In this document: positions 1 through 10,900 of the stretch, piece after piece | Position numbering within the stretch: the stretch's first letter is position 1 | Layout of the letters: the number at the start of each line of letters is the position of its first letter | Origin: Rhodospirillaceae bacterium | Lineage (GTDB): Bacteria > Pseudomonadota > Alphaproteobacteria > GCA-2731375 | Direction: 5' to 3' | NCBI GenBank assembly: GCA_018701215.1 | Contig: JABIWH010000018.1 | Span: forward strand, 14,861 to 78,860 | DNA length: 64,000 nucleotides | The notes under the pieces: model-generated | Database searches by the model: none | The model's input: only the letters and a program-made list of their open reading frames with translations | Told to the model about the DNA's origin: nothing | Program-made: the position numbers and the translations under genes

Positions 1-309
1 ATCGCGCTCTATGCCCTGTTTGATCGCCACCGTCTGGCGGATGCTGTTGCCCGAGGCTTTCTCCGGCTCCTGAAAATCAAAGGCGTTGTGATCGACCTTG
101 CGCTTGGCCAGATAGCCGCGCAGCAATTCCTGCATCTGCTTCAATTTCAGTTCATCATCGGCCCGCAGGGTCAACACTTCGTCCACCCGTTCAATGGTGC
201 ATTGGCTGCCTTTGAAGTCAAAGCGGGTGGAGATCTCCCGCATGGCGCCCTGAATGGCGTTATCGACTTCGGGGATTTCCGTGCGCGAGACGACATCAAA
301 GGAAGCCAT
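1..309 (-). CDS. yajQ: YajQ-family (UPF0234/DUF520) nucleotide-binding protein, N-terminal part only (gene runs off the window start)
   Basis: Reverse-strand translation from ATG at 309 gives MASFDVVSRTEIPEVDNAIQGAMREISTRFDFKGSQCTIERVDEVLTLRADDELKLKQ..., matching the YajQ N-terminus (E. coli YajQ begins MPSFDIVSEVD). An alternative in-frame ATG lies at 363. It is absent from the ORF track because there is no stop inside the window. Confidence 0.55.
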   Translation of the reverse strand, partial: MASFDVVSRTEIPEVDNAIQGAMREISTRFDFKGSQCTIERVDEVLTLRADDELKLKQMQELLRGYLAKRKVDHNAFDFQEPEKASGNSIRQTVAIKQGIERD

Positions 310-378
310 GGCAATCATCTTCTCATTGTTAGTTTGTAGGTGTTGGTTGGTCGTTTCGATCATAGCGTATTCAGCGGA

Positions 379-1845
379 TCAGGAAACCAGCTCGTATTCG
401 TCCAGATCGGGCGCCGACATATCGTCGCAAAATTTGTCAAAGGTAAACGGCCACATGGCTGGATTGCCGTGCTTGTCCAGATACCAGCTTTGACAGCCCG
501 TGACCCAGACCGTGTCGCCCATGGCGTCCTTGACCGAGGCATTGAAACGGTCGGCGGCATCCTGCCTGGCGGAGATTTCGTTGACTGTGCCCCCGCGCCA
601 CAATTCGATCAGCTGCATGATATAGCCCAGTTGGCGCTCCGAAATATCGATCAGGGAGAAATTGCCGATCGGGCTGTTGGGCCCCACCAGCATGAAGTAG
701 TTGGGAAAGCCCGGTAGCGAGATAGAGCGATGCGCCTGGGTTGTCTCGGCCCAGACATCTTTCAGGTCAACGCCGTCCCTGCCGATCAGGTCCATGGGCC
801 GCATGAAGCTGTGGCCGTCAAAGCCCGTGGCCAGAACCAGCACATCCAGTTCATGCAAACGGCCATCCTTGGTCCGTACGCCGCCGGCTTCCACCCGTTC
901 TATGGGGTCGGTCACCAGTTCGGCGTTGGGTTGCTGGATGGCCTCGTAAAAACCGGGCGAAATGATCAGGCGCTTGCAAGCCGCCTGGTAGTCCGGGGTC
1001 AGCTTGGCGCGCAGTTCGGGGTCGCGGACACTATCTTCCAGGTTGGCCCGGCAGGTATCCTCCACCCGCTGCATCTGCTCCTTGTCGCCGATCACCGCCC
1101 GGCCAAAGGTATCCGCGAACAGGCGGGTCAGCGAGGCATGCAGGTCATCCATGGCTTGTGGTTGGTCCCGGAAAACCTGTTTCTCCTGCTCGGAGAAGGC
1201 CGGGTTTTCCTGTGGGAAGATCCACTGCGCCGTGCGTTGGAACAGGGATAGATGCGATACCTTGCCGATCAGGTCATCGGTGATCTGCACGGCGGTGGAA
1301 CCCGTGCCGATGATGCCGATACGCTTGCCCTCCAGGGGCGCGCTGTGGTCCCAGCGGGCGGAATGAAACACCGCGCCGGCAAAATCGTCCACCCCGTCTA
1401 TATCGGGATAGACCGGATGGTGCAGAACGCCGGCGGCCGAGACGATGATATCGACCACATCCAGGGTTTCTTTGCCCCGTTCCAGATGCCACTTGCCGTT
1501 TTCATATCGGGCCCGGGTGATCTCGCTGTTGTATTTTATGAAATCTTCGACGTCGTATTTTTTCGCCACGCCTTCGAAATAGGCCTGGATCTCGGCACCG
1601 GGGGAAAAGCGGTGGCTCCATTCCGCATTCGGCTCGAAGGAATAGCGGTACATGTGCGAGGGCACATCGCAGCACAGGCCGGGATAGGTGTTGTCGCGCC
1701 AGGTGCCACCCAGGCGGCCGGCTTTTTCATAGATGGTGAAGTCGGTGATGCCGGTTTCCTGCAACTTGATGGCGGTCAGAATGCCTGACATGCCCGCGCC
1801 AATAACTGCAATCCGCGGCGATCGCTTCGCTTCCCCGTTCATCAC
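379..1845 (-). CDS. Class B flavin-containing / Baeyer-Villiger-type monooxygenase (FAD/NADP binding)
   Basis: 488-aa ORF with an N-terminal Rossmann motif IAVIGAGMSGI and a second GxGxxG (IGIIGTGSTAV). Overall organisation is that of FMO/BVMO-family enzymes. Confidence 0.8.
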   Translation of the reverse strand: MMNGEAKRSPRIAVIGAGMSGILTAIKLQETGITDFTIYEKAGRLGGTWRDNTYPGLCCDVPSHMYRYSFEPNAEWSHRFSPGAEIQAYFEGVAKKYDVEDFIKYNSEITRARYENGKWHLERGKETLDVVDIIVSAAGVLHHPVYPDIDGVDDFAGAVFHSARWDHSAPLEGKRIGIIGTGSTAVQITDDLIGKVSHLSLFQRTAQWIFPQENPAFSEQEKQVFRDQPQAMDDLHASLTRLFADTFGRAVIGDKEQMQRVEDTCRANLEDSVRDPELRAKLTPDYQAACKRLIISPGFYEAIQQPNAELVTDPIERVEAGGVRTKDGRLHELDVLVLATGFDGHSFMRPMDLIGRDGVDLKDVWAETTQAHRSISLPGFPNYFMLVGPNSPIGNFSLIDISERQLGYIMQLIELWRGGTVNEISARQDAADRFNASVKDAMGDTVWVTGCQSWYLDKHGNPAMWPFTFDKFCDDMSAPDLDEYELVS

Positions 1846-1961
1846 TCATTTACCTCAGAAAAGAACCCAAAACCTGATGATTGCAGTCTCCATAGCATAA
1901 TATTTCGATTGTCGGAACGGATGGGGTAGGGTTGCCGGCGAAGCTTTTTTGGAGAGTGGAA

Positions 1962-3275
1962 ATGGCGAAGTATCTAAAGCAAGGCCTGGGCCAGGCGGAA
2001 GTGGACGAGGCGGACGCCAAGGTGCGGGCCCAGGTCGAGGCAATTTTGGCTGATATCCAGGCCCGCGGCGACGTCGCCGTGCGCGAATTGTCCGAGAAAT
2101 TCGATAACTGGAACCCGGAAAACTTCTCCCTCTCCGAGCAAGAGATCGAGGCCGCCATGGCAAAGGTCGCCAAGCGCGACCTGGACGATATCCGCTTTGC
2201 CCAGGAACAGGTGCGCAACTTCGCCCAGCATCAAAGGGACGCCCTGCGGGATGTGGAGGTCGAAACCATGCCTGGCGTGGTCCTGGGCCACAAGAACATC
2301 CCCGTGAATTCCGTCGGCTGCTATGTACCGGGGGGTAAATACCCCATGGTCGCCTCGGCCCATATGTCCGTGGTGACGGCCAAGGTCGCCGGCGTGCCGC
2401 GCATTGTTGCCTCCGCCCCGCCGCAAGGAGGCGCGCCGCATCCGGCAATTGTCGCCGCCATGCACATGGGCGGCGCGGATGAGATACTGGTCCTGGGCGG
2501 CATCCAGGCGGTTGCCACCATGGCCCTGGGGACTGAAAGCGTCAGCGGTGTCGATATGCTGGTGGGTCCGGGCAATATGTTCGTGGCCGAGGCCAAGCGG
2601 CAATTGTATGGCCGGGTCGGTATCGATCTGTTCGCGGGACCAACCGAAACCCTGATCATCGCCGACGACAGCACGGATGGGGAGCTGTGCGCCATCGACC
2701 TGCTGGGCCAGGCCGAACACGGCCCGACCTCTCCGGCCGTGTTATTGACCACCTCGGAGGCCCTGGCCAAGGACACCATGGCGGAAGTGGAGCGTCAGCT
2801 GGCGATCCTGCCAACGGCGGAGATCGCCCGGGAGTCCTGGGACAATTATGGCGCCGTTATCCTGTGTGACAGCGATGAAGAGATGTTGGCGGAGGCTGAC
2901 CGCCTGGCCTTTGAACATGTTCAGGTGATGACACACGACCCGGAATATTTCCTGGACAACATGACCAACTATGGCGCGATGTTTCTGGGCCCGCGCACCA
3001 ATGTTTCCTACGGCGACAAGGTGATCGGCACCAACCATACGTTGCCGACAAAACGCGCCGGGCGCTACACGGGCGGTCTGTGGGTGGGTAAATTCATCAA
3101 AACCCATACCTATCAGAGGGTTTTGACCGACGAAGCCTCCGCCTTGGTCGGGGAATATTGCTCCCGCCTGTGCATGCTGGAAGGTTTCGCCGGCCATGCG
3201 GAACAGGCCAACGCACGGGTGCGCCGCTATGGCGGCCGTAATGTGCCCCCCTATACGGCGGTGGAGCCGGCCTAG
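1962..3275 (+). CDS. Histidinol dehydrogenase family protein (HisD/HpsN-like NAD-dependent 4-electron dehydrogenase), likely catabolic rather than biosynthetic
   Basis: HisD-like motifs ([17 protein letters not shown], zinc-ligand region). ATG at 1962 follows a GGAGAG RBS. The gene sits in a catabolic gene cluster rather than a his operon. Confidence 0.75.
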   Translation: MAKYLKQGLGQAEVDEADAKVRAQVEAILADIQARGDVAVRELSEKFDNWNPENFSLSEQEIEAAMAKVAKRDLDDIRFAQEQVRNFAQHQRDALRDVEVETMPGVVLGHKNIPVNSVGCYVPGGKYPMVASAHMSVVTAKVAGVPRIVASAPPQGGAPHPAIVAAMHMGGADEILVLGGIQAVATMALGTESVSGVDMLVGPGNMFVAEAKRQLYGRVGIDLFAGPTETLIIADDSTDGELCAIDLLGQAEHGPTSPAVLLTTSEALAKDTMAEVERQLAILPTAEIARESWDNYGAVILCDSDEEMLAEADRLAFEHVQVMTHDPEYFLDNMTNYGAMFLGPRTNVSYGDKVIGTNHTLPTKRAGRYTGGLWVGKFIKTHTYQRVLTDEASALVGEYCSRLCMLEGFAGHAEQANARVRRYGGRNVPPYTAVEPA

Positions 3276-4204
3276 TGACCGGACACATAGGTATTGTCGG
3301 CGCCGGCCTGGTCGGCGGCGGTTGGAGCATCGTTTTCGCCCGCGCCGGCGAACAGGTCCGCGTTTATGACGCGGCGCCCGCTATCCGCGATGATTTCAAG
3401 ACCGTGGTCGGACAACAGCTGGATGATCTGAAAAGCTATGACCTGGTGGCCGATCCCACCGCGATCATGGCCCGTATTCAGGTCTGTGATAATCTGGAAG
3501 ATGTGGTCAAAGGCGCGCGTTTTATCCAGGAATCCGTGTTGGAAGAGACGGAAGTGAAGACGGAAATTTCCAACGCCATCGGTCCATTGCTTGATGCTGG
3601 TGCCGTTGTCGGCAGCTCCACCTCCGGCATTCCCGGCTCCGCCTTTACCGAACATGCGGTGAACCGGGAGCGTTTCCTGGTCACCCATCCGGTCAATCCG
3701 CCCTATCTGGTACCCGTGGTCGAAGTGGTGCCGACGCCCTGGACCGCACAAGACAGCGTCGACGCCGCCCTGGCCCTGATGACCCAGATCGGCCAGTCCC
3801 CGGTATTGGTCCGCCGCGAGGTCGAGGGCTTCATCCTCAACCGGCTGCAAGGCGCGCTGTTGCGCGAGGCTTGGGATCTGTTCGAGGCAGGCTATGCCTC
3901 GGCCGAGGATATCGACAAAACCGTATCGGAAGGCCTGGGCCTGCGCTGGTCCTTCATGGGGCCGATCGAAACCATCGATCTGAACGCGCCGGGCGGCGTT
4001 GCCGATTATGCCGCGCGTCTGGGGCCGCTGTATCATTCGATCCAGAAATCCCGCACCGATCCCCAGCCGTGGAGCGCCGAACTGATCGGCGATGTGGACA
4101 AGGAACGCCGGGCCGCGCTGCCCAGCGACAAATTGGCGGCACGGCGCAATTGGCGCGACCGCCGGCTGATGGCCCTCGCCGCCCATAAAGCCAAGCAGAC
4201 CTGA
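3275..4204 (+). CDS. 3-hydroxyacyl-CoA dehydrogenase family NAD-binding protein
   Basis: GTG start overlapping the upstream stop by 1 nt. N-terminal IGIVGAGLVGGGWS Rossmann motif. 3HCDH-like middle and C-terminal regions (PVVEVVP, EVEGFILNR). Confidence 0.7.
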   Translation: MTGHIGIVGAGLVGGGWSIVFARAGEQVRVYDAAPAIRDDFKTVVGQQLDDLKSYDLVADPTAIMARIQVCDNLEDVVKGARFIQESVLEETEVKTEISNAIGPLLDAGAVVGSSTSGIPGSAFTEHAVNRERFLVTHPVNPPYLVPVVEVVPTPWTAQDSVDAALALMTQIGQSPVLVRREVEGFILNRLQGALLREAWDLFEAGYASAEDIDKTVSEGLGLRWSFMGPIETIDLNAPGGVADYAARLGPLYHSIQKSRTDPQPWSAELIGDVDKERRAALPSDKLAARRNWRDRRLMALAAHKAKQT

Positions 4205-4968
4205 TGGTTGCTGATACGATTAAGGATTTCCAACTGGACGGCCAGCTCGCCGTCGTCACCGGTGCTTCGCGTGGTTTGGGGCAAGGCTGCGCACTGGCCC
4301 TGGCCGGGGCCGGGGCGGACGTGGCCCTGATCGGGCGCAACCAGGATGATCTGGTCGCCGTCGCCAAGGACATTCAAAAGCTGGGCCGTACCGCGCACGT
4401 TCTGGCCATTGATGTCACCAACATCGACGACCTGGCCGCCATGCTGGGACAGCTGCCGCCCTTTGGGATCTTCGTCAACAACGCCGGCACCAACAAACCG
4501 CAACCGTTTTTGGCAGTGGACGCCGAGACCTACGACATGGTCATGAACCTGAACCTGCGTGCCGCCTTTTTCGCGGCCCAGGCCGCCGCCCGGCTGATGG
4601 CCGCGCGGGGCCAGGGTGGGAGCATCATCAACATGTCGTCCCAGGCCGGCCATCGCGCTCTGCGCGACCGCAGTGTCTATTCCACCTCCAAATTCGCTAT
4701 CGAAGGCCTGACCAAGGCCATGGCCTTCGAGTTGGCGGAACAGAGCATCCGCGTCAACGCGGTGGCGCCGACCTTCGTTGAAACGCCCATGACCCAGGCC
4801 GGCCTGGCCCAAAAAGATTTCCGCGAATATGTGGAGGGCAAGATCAAGTTGCCGCGCCTGGGCCAAATCGGCGATGTTGCCGCCGCCGTGCTGTTCCTGG
4901 CCTCGCCCGCGTCAGCCATGATCACGGGCACTTCCCTGCTGGTCGACGGCGGTTGGACCATTCATTAG
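4204..4968 (+). CDS. Short-chain dehydrogenase/reductase (SDR)
   Basis: TGASRGLG cofactor motif, NNAG, the S...YxxxK catalytic pattern (YSTSK) and the PGxxxT C-terminal motif. ATG overlaps the upstream TGA (TGATG). Confidence 0.85.
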   Translation: MVADTIKDFQLDGQLAVVTGASRGLGQGCALALAGAGADVALIGRNQDDLVAVAKDIQKLGRTAHVLAIDVTNIDDLAAMLGQLPPFGIFVNNAGTNKPQPFLAVDAETYDMVMNLNLRAAFFAAQAAARLMAARGQGGSIINMSSQAGHRALRDRSVYSTSKFAIEGLTKAMAFELAEQSIRVNAVAPTFVETPMTQAGLAQKDFREYVEGKIKLPRLGQIGDVAAAVLFLASPASAMITGTSLLVDGGWTIH

Positions 4969-4990
4969 ATTTAGTACGGAGCGAACCTTC

Positions 4991-5956
4991 ATGTCCGATC
5001 TCACCACCACCGATCACCGTGTTGAAAGCAGCCAGGCGGCACTATCGGTGTTCGTACGCAACAAGCATCTGTCGAATGGCGGCGGCTTTTCGCCGGCCCG
5101 GACGGTGCTGTTCGTCCACGGCGCGACCTATCCTTCGACCGTGACCTTCGATTACGCCATCAATGGTGAATCCTGGATGGATATCATGGCCAGGGCCGGC
5201 TTTGATGTCTGGTGTGTGGATCTGCTGGGCTATGGCGCATCCGACCGTCCGCCGGAGATGTCGGTGCCCGCTGACGACAATCCCCCCGTGGTGGATACCG
5301 ATGATGCGGTAGCCGATGTCACGAAGGTCGTCGATTTCATTCTGCAACAACGGCAGCTGCCCCGCCTGGCGCTCATCGGCTATTCCTGGGGCACCATGAT
5401 TTGCGGCACCTACGCGGGTCAGCAACCGGAAAAGGTGGAACGCCTGGTCCTCTATGGCTGCGCCTGGATGGGCACGGGTGGTGCCATTTCCACGGGCCAG
5501 ATGCCGGGTGCCTACCGCATGGTGGATGCGGCGGCGGCAATTGCCCGTTGGCAGAGGGAACTGGAGGATGACCAGATCGCCAGTATCGCCAGCCCGGCCC
5601 ACATGGCGGCCTGGGCGGAGGCATTCCTGGCTTCCGACCCGGAGGCCGCCCGCCATGATCCGCCCCAGGCCCGCGCCCCCGCCGGCGTGGTCAAGGATGT
5701 CCAGGAGCGTCTGCAGGGCGGCGTGCGGCCCTATGATCCCGGCTTGATACGGGCTCCGACCATGATCGTGGTCGGCGAGTGGGACCGTGAAACCAGGCCA
5801 GAACAGGGCCGGGCCGCGTTCGAACTTTTGTCGAATGAAATTGAACGGCGCTATGTCATGATCGGCGGCGCCACTCATTCCATGTTGATCGAAAACCAGC
5901 GCGGTGCCCTGCAACGGGCCGTCGATGGTTTCTTGCAGGAAGGTTGGGAAAGATGA
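4991..5956 (+). CDS. Alpha/beta-fold hydrolase
   Basis: FVHG oxyanion region and a GYSWG nucleophile-elbow (GxSxG) motif. 321 aa. Confidence 0.75.
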   Translation: MSDLTTTDHRVESSQAALSVFVRNKHLSNGGGFSPARTVLFVHGATYPSTVTFDYAINGESWMDIMARAGFDVWCVDLLGYGASDRPPEMSVPADDNPPVVDTDDAVADVTKVVDFILQQRQLPRLALIGYSWGTMICGTYAGQQPEKVERLVLYGCAWMGTGGAISTGQMPGAYRMVDAAAAIARWQRELEDDQIASIASPAHMAAWAEAFLASDPEAARHDPPQARAPAGVVKDVQERLQGGVRPYDPGLIRAPTMIVVGEWDRETRPEQGRAAFELLSNEIERRYVMIGGATHSMLIENQRGALQRAVDGFLQEGWER

Positions 5957-6597
5957 GTGACGGCATTGTTCTGTGGGGTGCGGTTTCGATCAGAGCCTTG
6001 CGGGTGCATTGGGCTTTGCAGGAACTGGGCTTGGACTATCAGTTTCGCCCGATCCTCTCGCGCAGCGGCGAGACTCTGACGGCGGAATACACCGGCCATA
6101 ACCCGAAACAAAAAATACCGTGTTTGCAGGACGGCGAATTCACCCTGACGGAAAGCCCGGCCATCGTGAACTACCTGTTCAATGCTTATGGCGAGGGCGC
6201 GGATGTCCACCTGTCCCAGACGGTGGAGGAGCAGGCCAGAGCGGATGAATGGAGCTATTTCGCCATGATGGAGATGGACGCGCACTCACTGTATGTGATC
6301 CGCCGGCACAAATTCCTCTCGGAGATCTATGGCGAGGCACCGGTGGCAGTGGCCTCGGCGGCGGAATATTGCCTGAAACAGATCAACGCCGTGGCGCCCG
6401 CCGTAGCCGAATTTGATCCCTATATCTTTGGTGACCGGATCTCCGCCGCCGACATTCTGTTGGCCAGCACCATTAATTTCGCCGAACGCTACGAGGTCGA
6501 ATTGCCCGCATCCTGCCGGGCCTATCGCGACCGCGCCTATGCCCGGCCTGCCTTCCAGGCCGCCAATGCCCGAAATGAGGATCTCGATGCAACTTAG
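5953..6597 (+). CDS. Glutathione S-transferase
   Basis: GST N-terminal thioredoxin-like fold (ESPAIVNYL) and a C-terminal helical domain. ATGA overlap with the upstream hydrolase. Confidence 0.7.
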   Translation: MSDGIVLWGAVSIRALRVHWALQELGLDYQFRPILSRSGETLTAEYTGHNPKQKIPCLQDGEFTLTESPAIVNYLFNAYGEGADVHLSQTVEEQARADEWSYFAMMEMDAHSLYVIRRHKFLSEIYGEAPVAVASAAEYCLKQINAVAPAVAEFDPYIFGDRISAADILLASTINFAERYEVELPASCRAYRDRAYARPAFQAANARNEDLDAT

Positions 6598-7927
6598 CGC
6601 CCGCGACAATTTGGAAGCCGCTCTTGCCGCCATCGAGGCCCACGGCGAAGCTATCAATGGCATGATCACGGTCACCGCCGATCTGGCCCGCGAAGCCGCG
6701 GACGCCGCCGACAGGGCCGCGGCGGAGGGCGGCTGGCTGGGCCTGCTGCACGGCATGACCTTTGCCATCAAGGACAATATTCAAACCGCGGGCGTACGCA
6801 CCACCTCGGGCTCGTTGCATTTCAAGGACGTGGTGCCGAACCAGGATGCCTTCGTGGTGCGGCGCCTGAAGGCCGCCGGCGCGGTGATCGTGGGTAAGGC
6901 CACCATGCAGGAGCTGGCCTTTGGCATCCGCTCCGACAATCCGGTCAGCGGCCAATGCCACAATCCCTGGGACCAAACAAAAGTGCCCGGTGGCTCATCG
7001 GGCGGTTCCGGCGCCGCGGTCGCCGCCGGCATGGCACAGGGGGCGTTGGGCACGGACACCGGCGGCTCGGTCCGCCTGCCCGCCGCCATGAACGGCATCG
7101 CCGGCCTGCGCCCGACCCATGGCCGGGTGCCCAACCATGGTTCCACCCCGGTCAGCGCCGGTTACGATACCATCGGTCCCATGGCCCGGCGGGTGGAGGA
7201 CCTGGCCCGTATCCTGGCGGTCACGGCCCATGAAGAACCAGGCTCGGCGCCCACATCGGCACCGGATCTGGGCAATTTTCTGCCCAGCCTGCACGACGGC
7301 GTGGCCGGCCTGCGCCTGGGTATCCCGCGCAATCACTACTTCCTGGATTGTGGCGACGGCATCGCCGAGGCGGTAATGGCGGCGGCCCGCGCGCTTGAAG
7401 CCCAGGGTGCCAGGATTGTCGAGGTTGACGTTGATGGTGCCGAGGCCACCCACCAATGGGCCACCATTCAGGTCTATTCCGATGCCTGCGCCTATCATGG
7501 GTCTCGTCTGGACAAACAGCCGGAATTGTTTTCCCCCGCTGTGCTGGAGCGTATGTTGGTGGGGCGGAGTTTCAGCGGCGTAGACTACGCCAATGCTTGC
7601 CGCGCGCGGGAGGCCTGGCAACGCACCTTGGCTGGCCTGTACCAGGATATTGATATCCTGATCTCGCCCACCACGCCGGCGCCGCCGCCGCCGATCAAGG
7701 AAGATAAATCGTTGCTGGAGGCGACCCGCGATGCCTCGCGCAACACATATGCGGGCGGATTTGGTGCCAATCCGGGTCTGTCCCTGCCATGCGGCTTTGA
7801 TCCGGGCGGCCTGCCGATTGGCATGCAAATGGAAGCGGCCTGGTGGCGGGAGCCCATGTTGTTGCGCGCCGGGGCGGCGTATCAGGCAGCGAGCGATTGG
7901 CATTTGGCCGAACCGCCTTTATCGTAG
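6586..7927 (+). CDS. Amidase (amidase-signature family, GatA-like)
   Basis: AS-family motifs GGSSGGSGAAVAAG and TDTGGSVRLPAA, plus a K...S-cisS catalytic arrangement. The longer ORF from 6413 overlaps the GST, so the start at MQLSARDN (6586) is preferred. Confidence 0.8.
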
Positions 7928-7962
7928 GGCGCAAAATACAGAAGCATAGGAAATCCATCGTC

Positions 7963-10900
7963 ATGAGTATTGAGAAACTGCTGGTCGCCAATCGCGGCGA
8001 AATCGCCATTCGCATTCTGCGCGCCGCCGCTGACCTGGGTATCCCCACGGTGGCGGTGTATGCCGGGGATGAAGCGGCATCCCTGCATCTGAGCAAGGCG
8101 GACGAAGCCGTGGCCTTGCCGGGCCGTGGCGTGCCGGCTTATCTGGATGGCGCGGCTGTCTTGGCCATCGCCCAGGAAAAGAACTGCGACGCCATTCATC
8201 CCGGCTATGGTTTCTTGAGTGAGAATGCCGATTTCGCCAATGCCTGCGGCCAGGCGGGTGTCGCCTTCGTGGGGCCGGGCGCGGAAACCCTGGACATGTT
8301 TGGCGACAAGGCGGCGGCGCGTGATTTGGCGGAGAAAAACGGCGTCCCCGTGTTGCCGGGCAGCCAAGGCGCGACGGATCTCGGCGCGGCGGAAGCATTT
8401 TTTGACATCCATGGCCCGACCATGATCAAGGCCATTGGCGGCGGCGGCGGGCGGGGCATGCGCGCGATCCTCGACAAGCGCGACCTGGCGGCTGCGTTGG
8501 AGCTGTGCCAGGCCGAGGCGCTACAGGCATTCGGTAACGGCGATGTCTTTGTCGAACGCTTGCTGGAAAAGCCCCGGCATGTGGAAATTCAGATCATCGG
8601 CGACGGCAGCGGCGCCATCTGCCATCTCGGCGAGCGGGAGTGCTCGATCCAGCGCCGCCATCAAAAGCTGGTGGAAATGGCTCCCGCCCCCGGCCTGGCT
8701 AGCGATCTGCGCGATAAGCTGACCGAGGCCGCTGTTACCCTGGCGGGCGCGGTGGACTATCGCAATTTGGGCACTTTTGAATTTCTGCTTGCCGGCGATG
8801 ATTTCTTTTTCATCGAAGCGAACCCGCGCCTGCAGGTCGAACACACGGTGACCGAGGAAGTCTGGGGCGTCGATCTGGTGCAAACCCAGCTACATATCGC
8901 CGGCGGCGCCTCGCTTGCGGAACTGGGCCTGACCCAGGTCGAGGCCGGCGCGCCACGTGGCCAGGCCATGCAGGTCCGCATCAACATGGAAACCATCGAG
9001 GCGGATGGCAGCGTGCGACCCACGGGCGGCATACTGGAAAGTTTCGAGATGCCGTCGGGCCCCGGCGTGCGTGTCGACAGCTTTGGCTATGCCGGCTACC
9101 GCACCTCGCCCAGCTATGATTCCCTGCTGGCCAAATTGATCGTTCATGCGCCGGGCAATGACTTCACCGTGCTGGCGCGGAAAACCTATCGGGCGCTGTG
9201 CGAATGCCGCATTGCCGGTCTGTCCAGCAACATTCCATTTCTGCAAAATCTGCTGTGCCATGGGGAGTTCCAGGCCGGCGAGATCAACACGCATTTTATC
9301 GACACCCACCTGGATGCCCTGGTCAGCGGCGCGGCGCATCAGCGCATGTTCTTCGAACCAGCCAGCGAGGCCCCGGCGGATGCCAATCTGGTGGGCGTCA
9401 AGGTCGATGCCTCCGACCCCTTGGCGATCCTGAGCCACGGCAGGTCCGAGGCGGCGCCCACGGTAACCGAGGCGGCAGGCAACAATCTGTCCGGCCCCGA
9501 CGGCACCGTCGCCATCCCCGCGCCCATGCAGGGTACCATTGTCAGCATTGATGTGGCCGAGGGCGACGATGTCTATCCCGGCCGCCAGGTGCTGGTTATG
9601 GAAGCCATGAAGATGCAGCATGTGATCGAGGCCGAGATCTCTGGCGTCTTGCGGCAACTGCCCGTGGGACCCGGCGATACCGTGTTCGAAGGCCATGCCC
9701 TGGCCTATGTGGCCGAGCAGGACGTGGTGATCCCGGATGCCGGTGAAGTGGTCGAGGTGGATCTGGATTACATCCGCCCCGATCTGGCGGAGGTCATGGA
9801 GCGCCAGGGCATCACCCTGGATGACCGCCGCCCCAACGCGGTGGCCCGGCGGCGCAAGACCAACCAACGCACGGCGCGGGAAAATATCGAGCAATTGTGC
9901 GACGAGGGTTCCTTCAGCGAATACGGCTCGCTGGTGCTGGCGGCGCGGCGGCGCATGCATACGCTTGATGAATTGATCGAGCGGACCCCCGCCGATGGCC
10001 TGATTACCGGCCTGGGCCGGATCAATGGCCAGCACTTTCCCGACGAAGCCGCCCGCTGCATTGTGATGTCCTACGACTACACCGTGTTGGCCGGCACCCA
10101 GGGTAAGAACAATCACAAGAAAAAGGACCGCATGTTCGAGATTGCCGAGAAAATGCGCCTGCCGGTGGTGTTTTTCACCGAGGGCGGCGGCGGCCGGCCC
10201 GGCGACACGGATATGATCTTCGCGGCCAACCTGCACGTTCCCGCCTTCAATCTGTTCGGTAAACTCAGCGGCCTGGTGCCTTTGGTGGGGATTACCTCGG
10301 GGCGTTGCTTTGCTGGTAATGCGGTGATGCTGGGCTGTTGCGATGTGATCATCGCCACCCAGAACTCAACCATCGGTATGGGCGGCCCGGCGATGATCGA
10401 AGGCGGCGGCCTGGGTGTTTTCCGGCCCGAGGAAGTCGGCCCGATGTCGGTGCAGGTGCCTAATGGCGTGGTTGATATCGCCGTGGAGGATGAGGAAGAG
10501 GCGGTCGAGGCGGCAAAGAAATATCTCAGCTATTTCCAAGGCACGATCGAAGAATGGGACTGCGTCGATCAGCGCCTGTTGCGTCAGGCCATACCGGAAG
10601 ACCGCCTGCGCATCTATGATGTGCGCAAGGTGGTGGAGCAAATATGCGATACCGGCTCGGTGCTGGAACTGCGCGCCGGTTTTGGCCTCGGGATGGTCAC
10701 GGCTCTGGCCCGTATTGAAGGCCGGCCGGTCGGCATCGTGGCCAATAATCCAAGCCATCTGGCAGGTGCTATCGATAGCGACGCCTCGGACAAGGCGGCG
10801 CGTTTCCTGCAACTTTGCGATGCCTACGACATTCCCCTGGTCTTCTTGTGCGATACGCCGGGCAATATGGTCGGGCCGGAGGCCGAGAAAGAGGCCCTGG

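Noticed and set aside
730-1788. ORFs 730..1251 and 1252..1788 (+) overlapping the monooxygenase gene, and 1855..2448 (-) Arg/Pro-rich ORF over the hisD-like start
   Set aside because: Same GC-frame artefact. No RBS, a low-complexity product, and full overlap with confident genes.
6413-6585. N-terminal 58-codon extension of the amidase ORF
   Set aside because: It would overlap the GST gene by 185 nt. The amidase-family similarity and a sensible start (MQLSARDN) begin at 6586.
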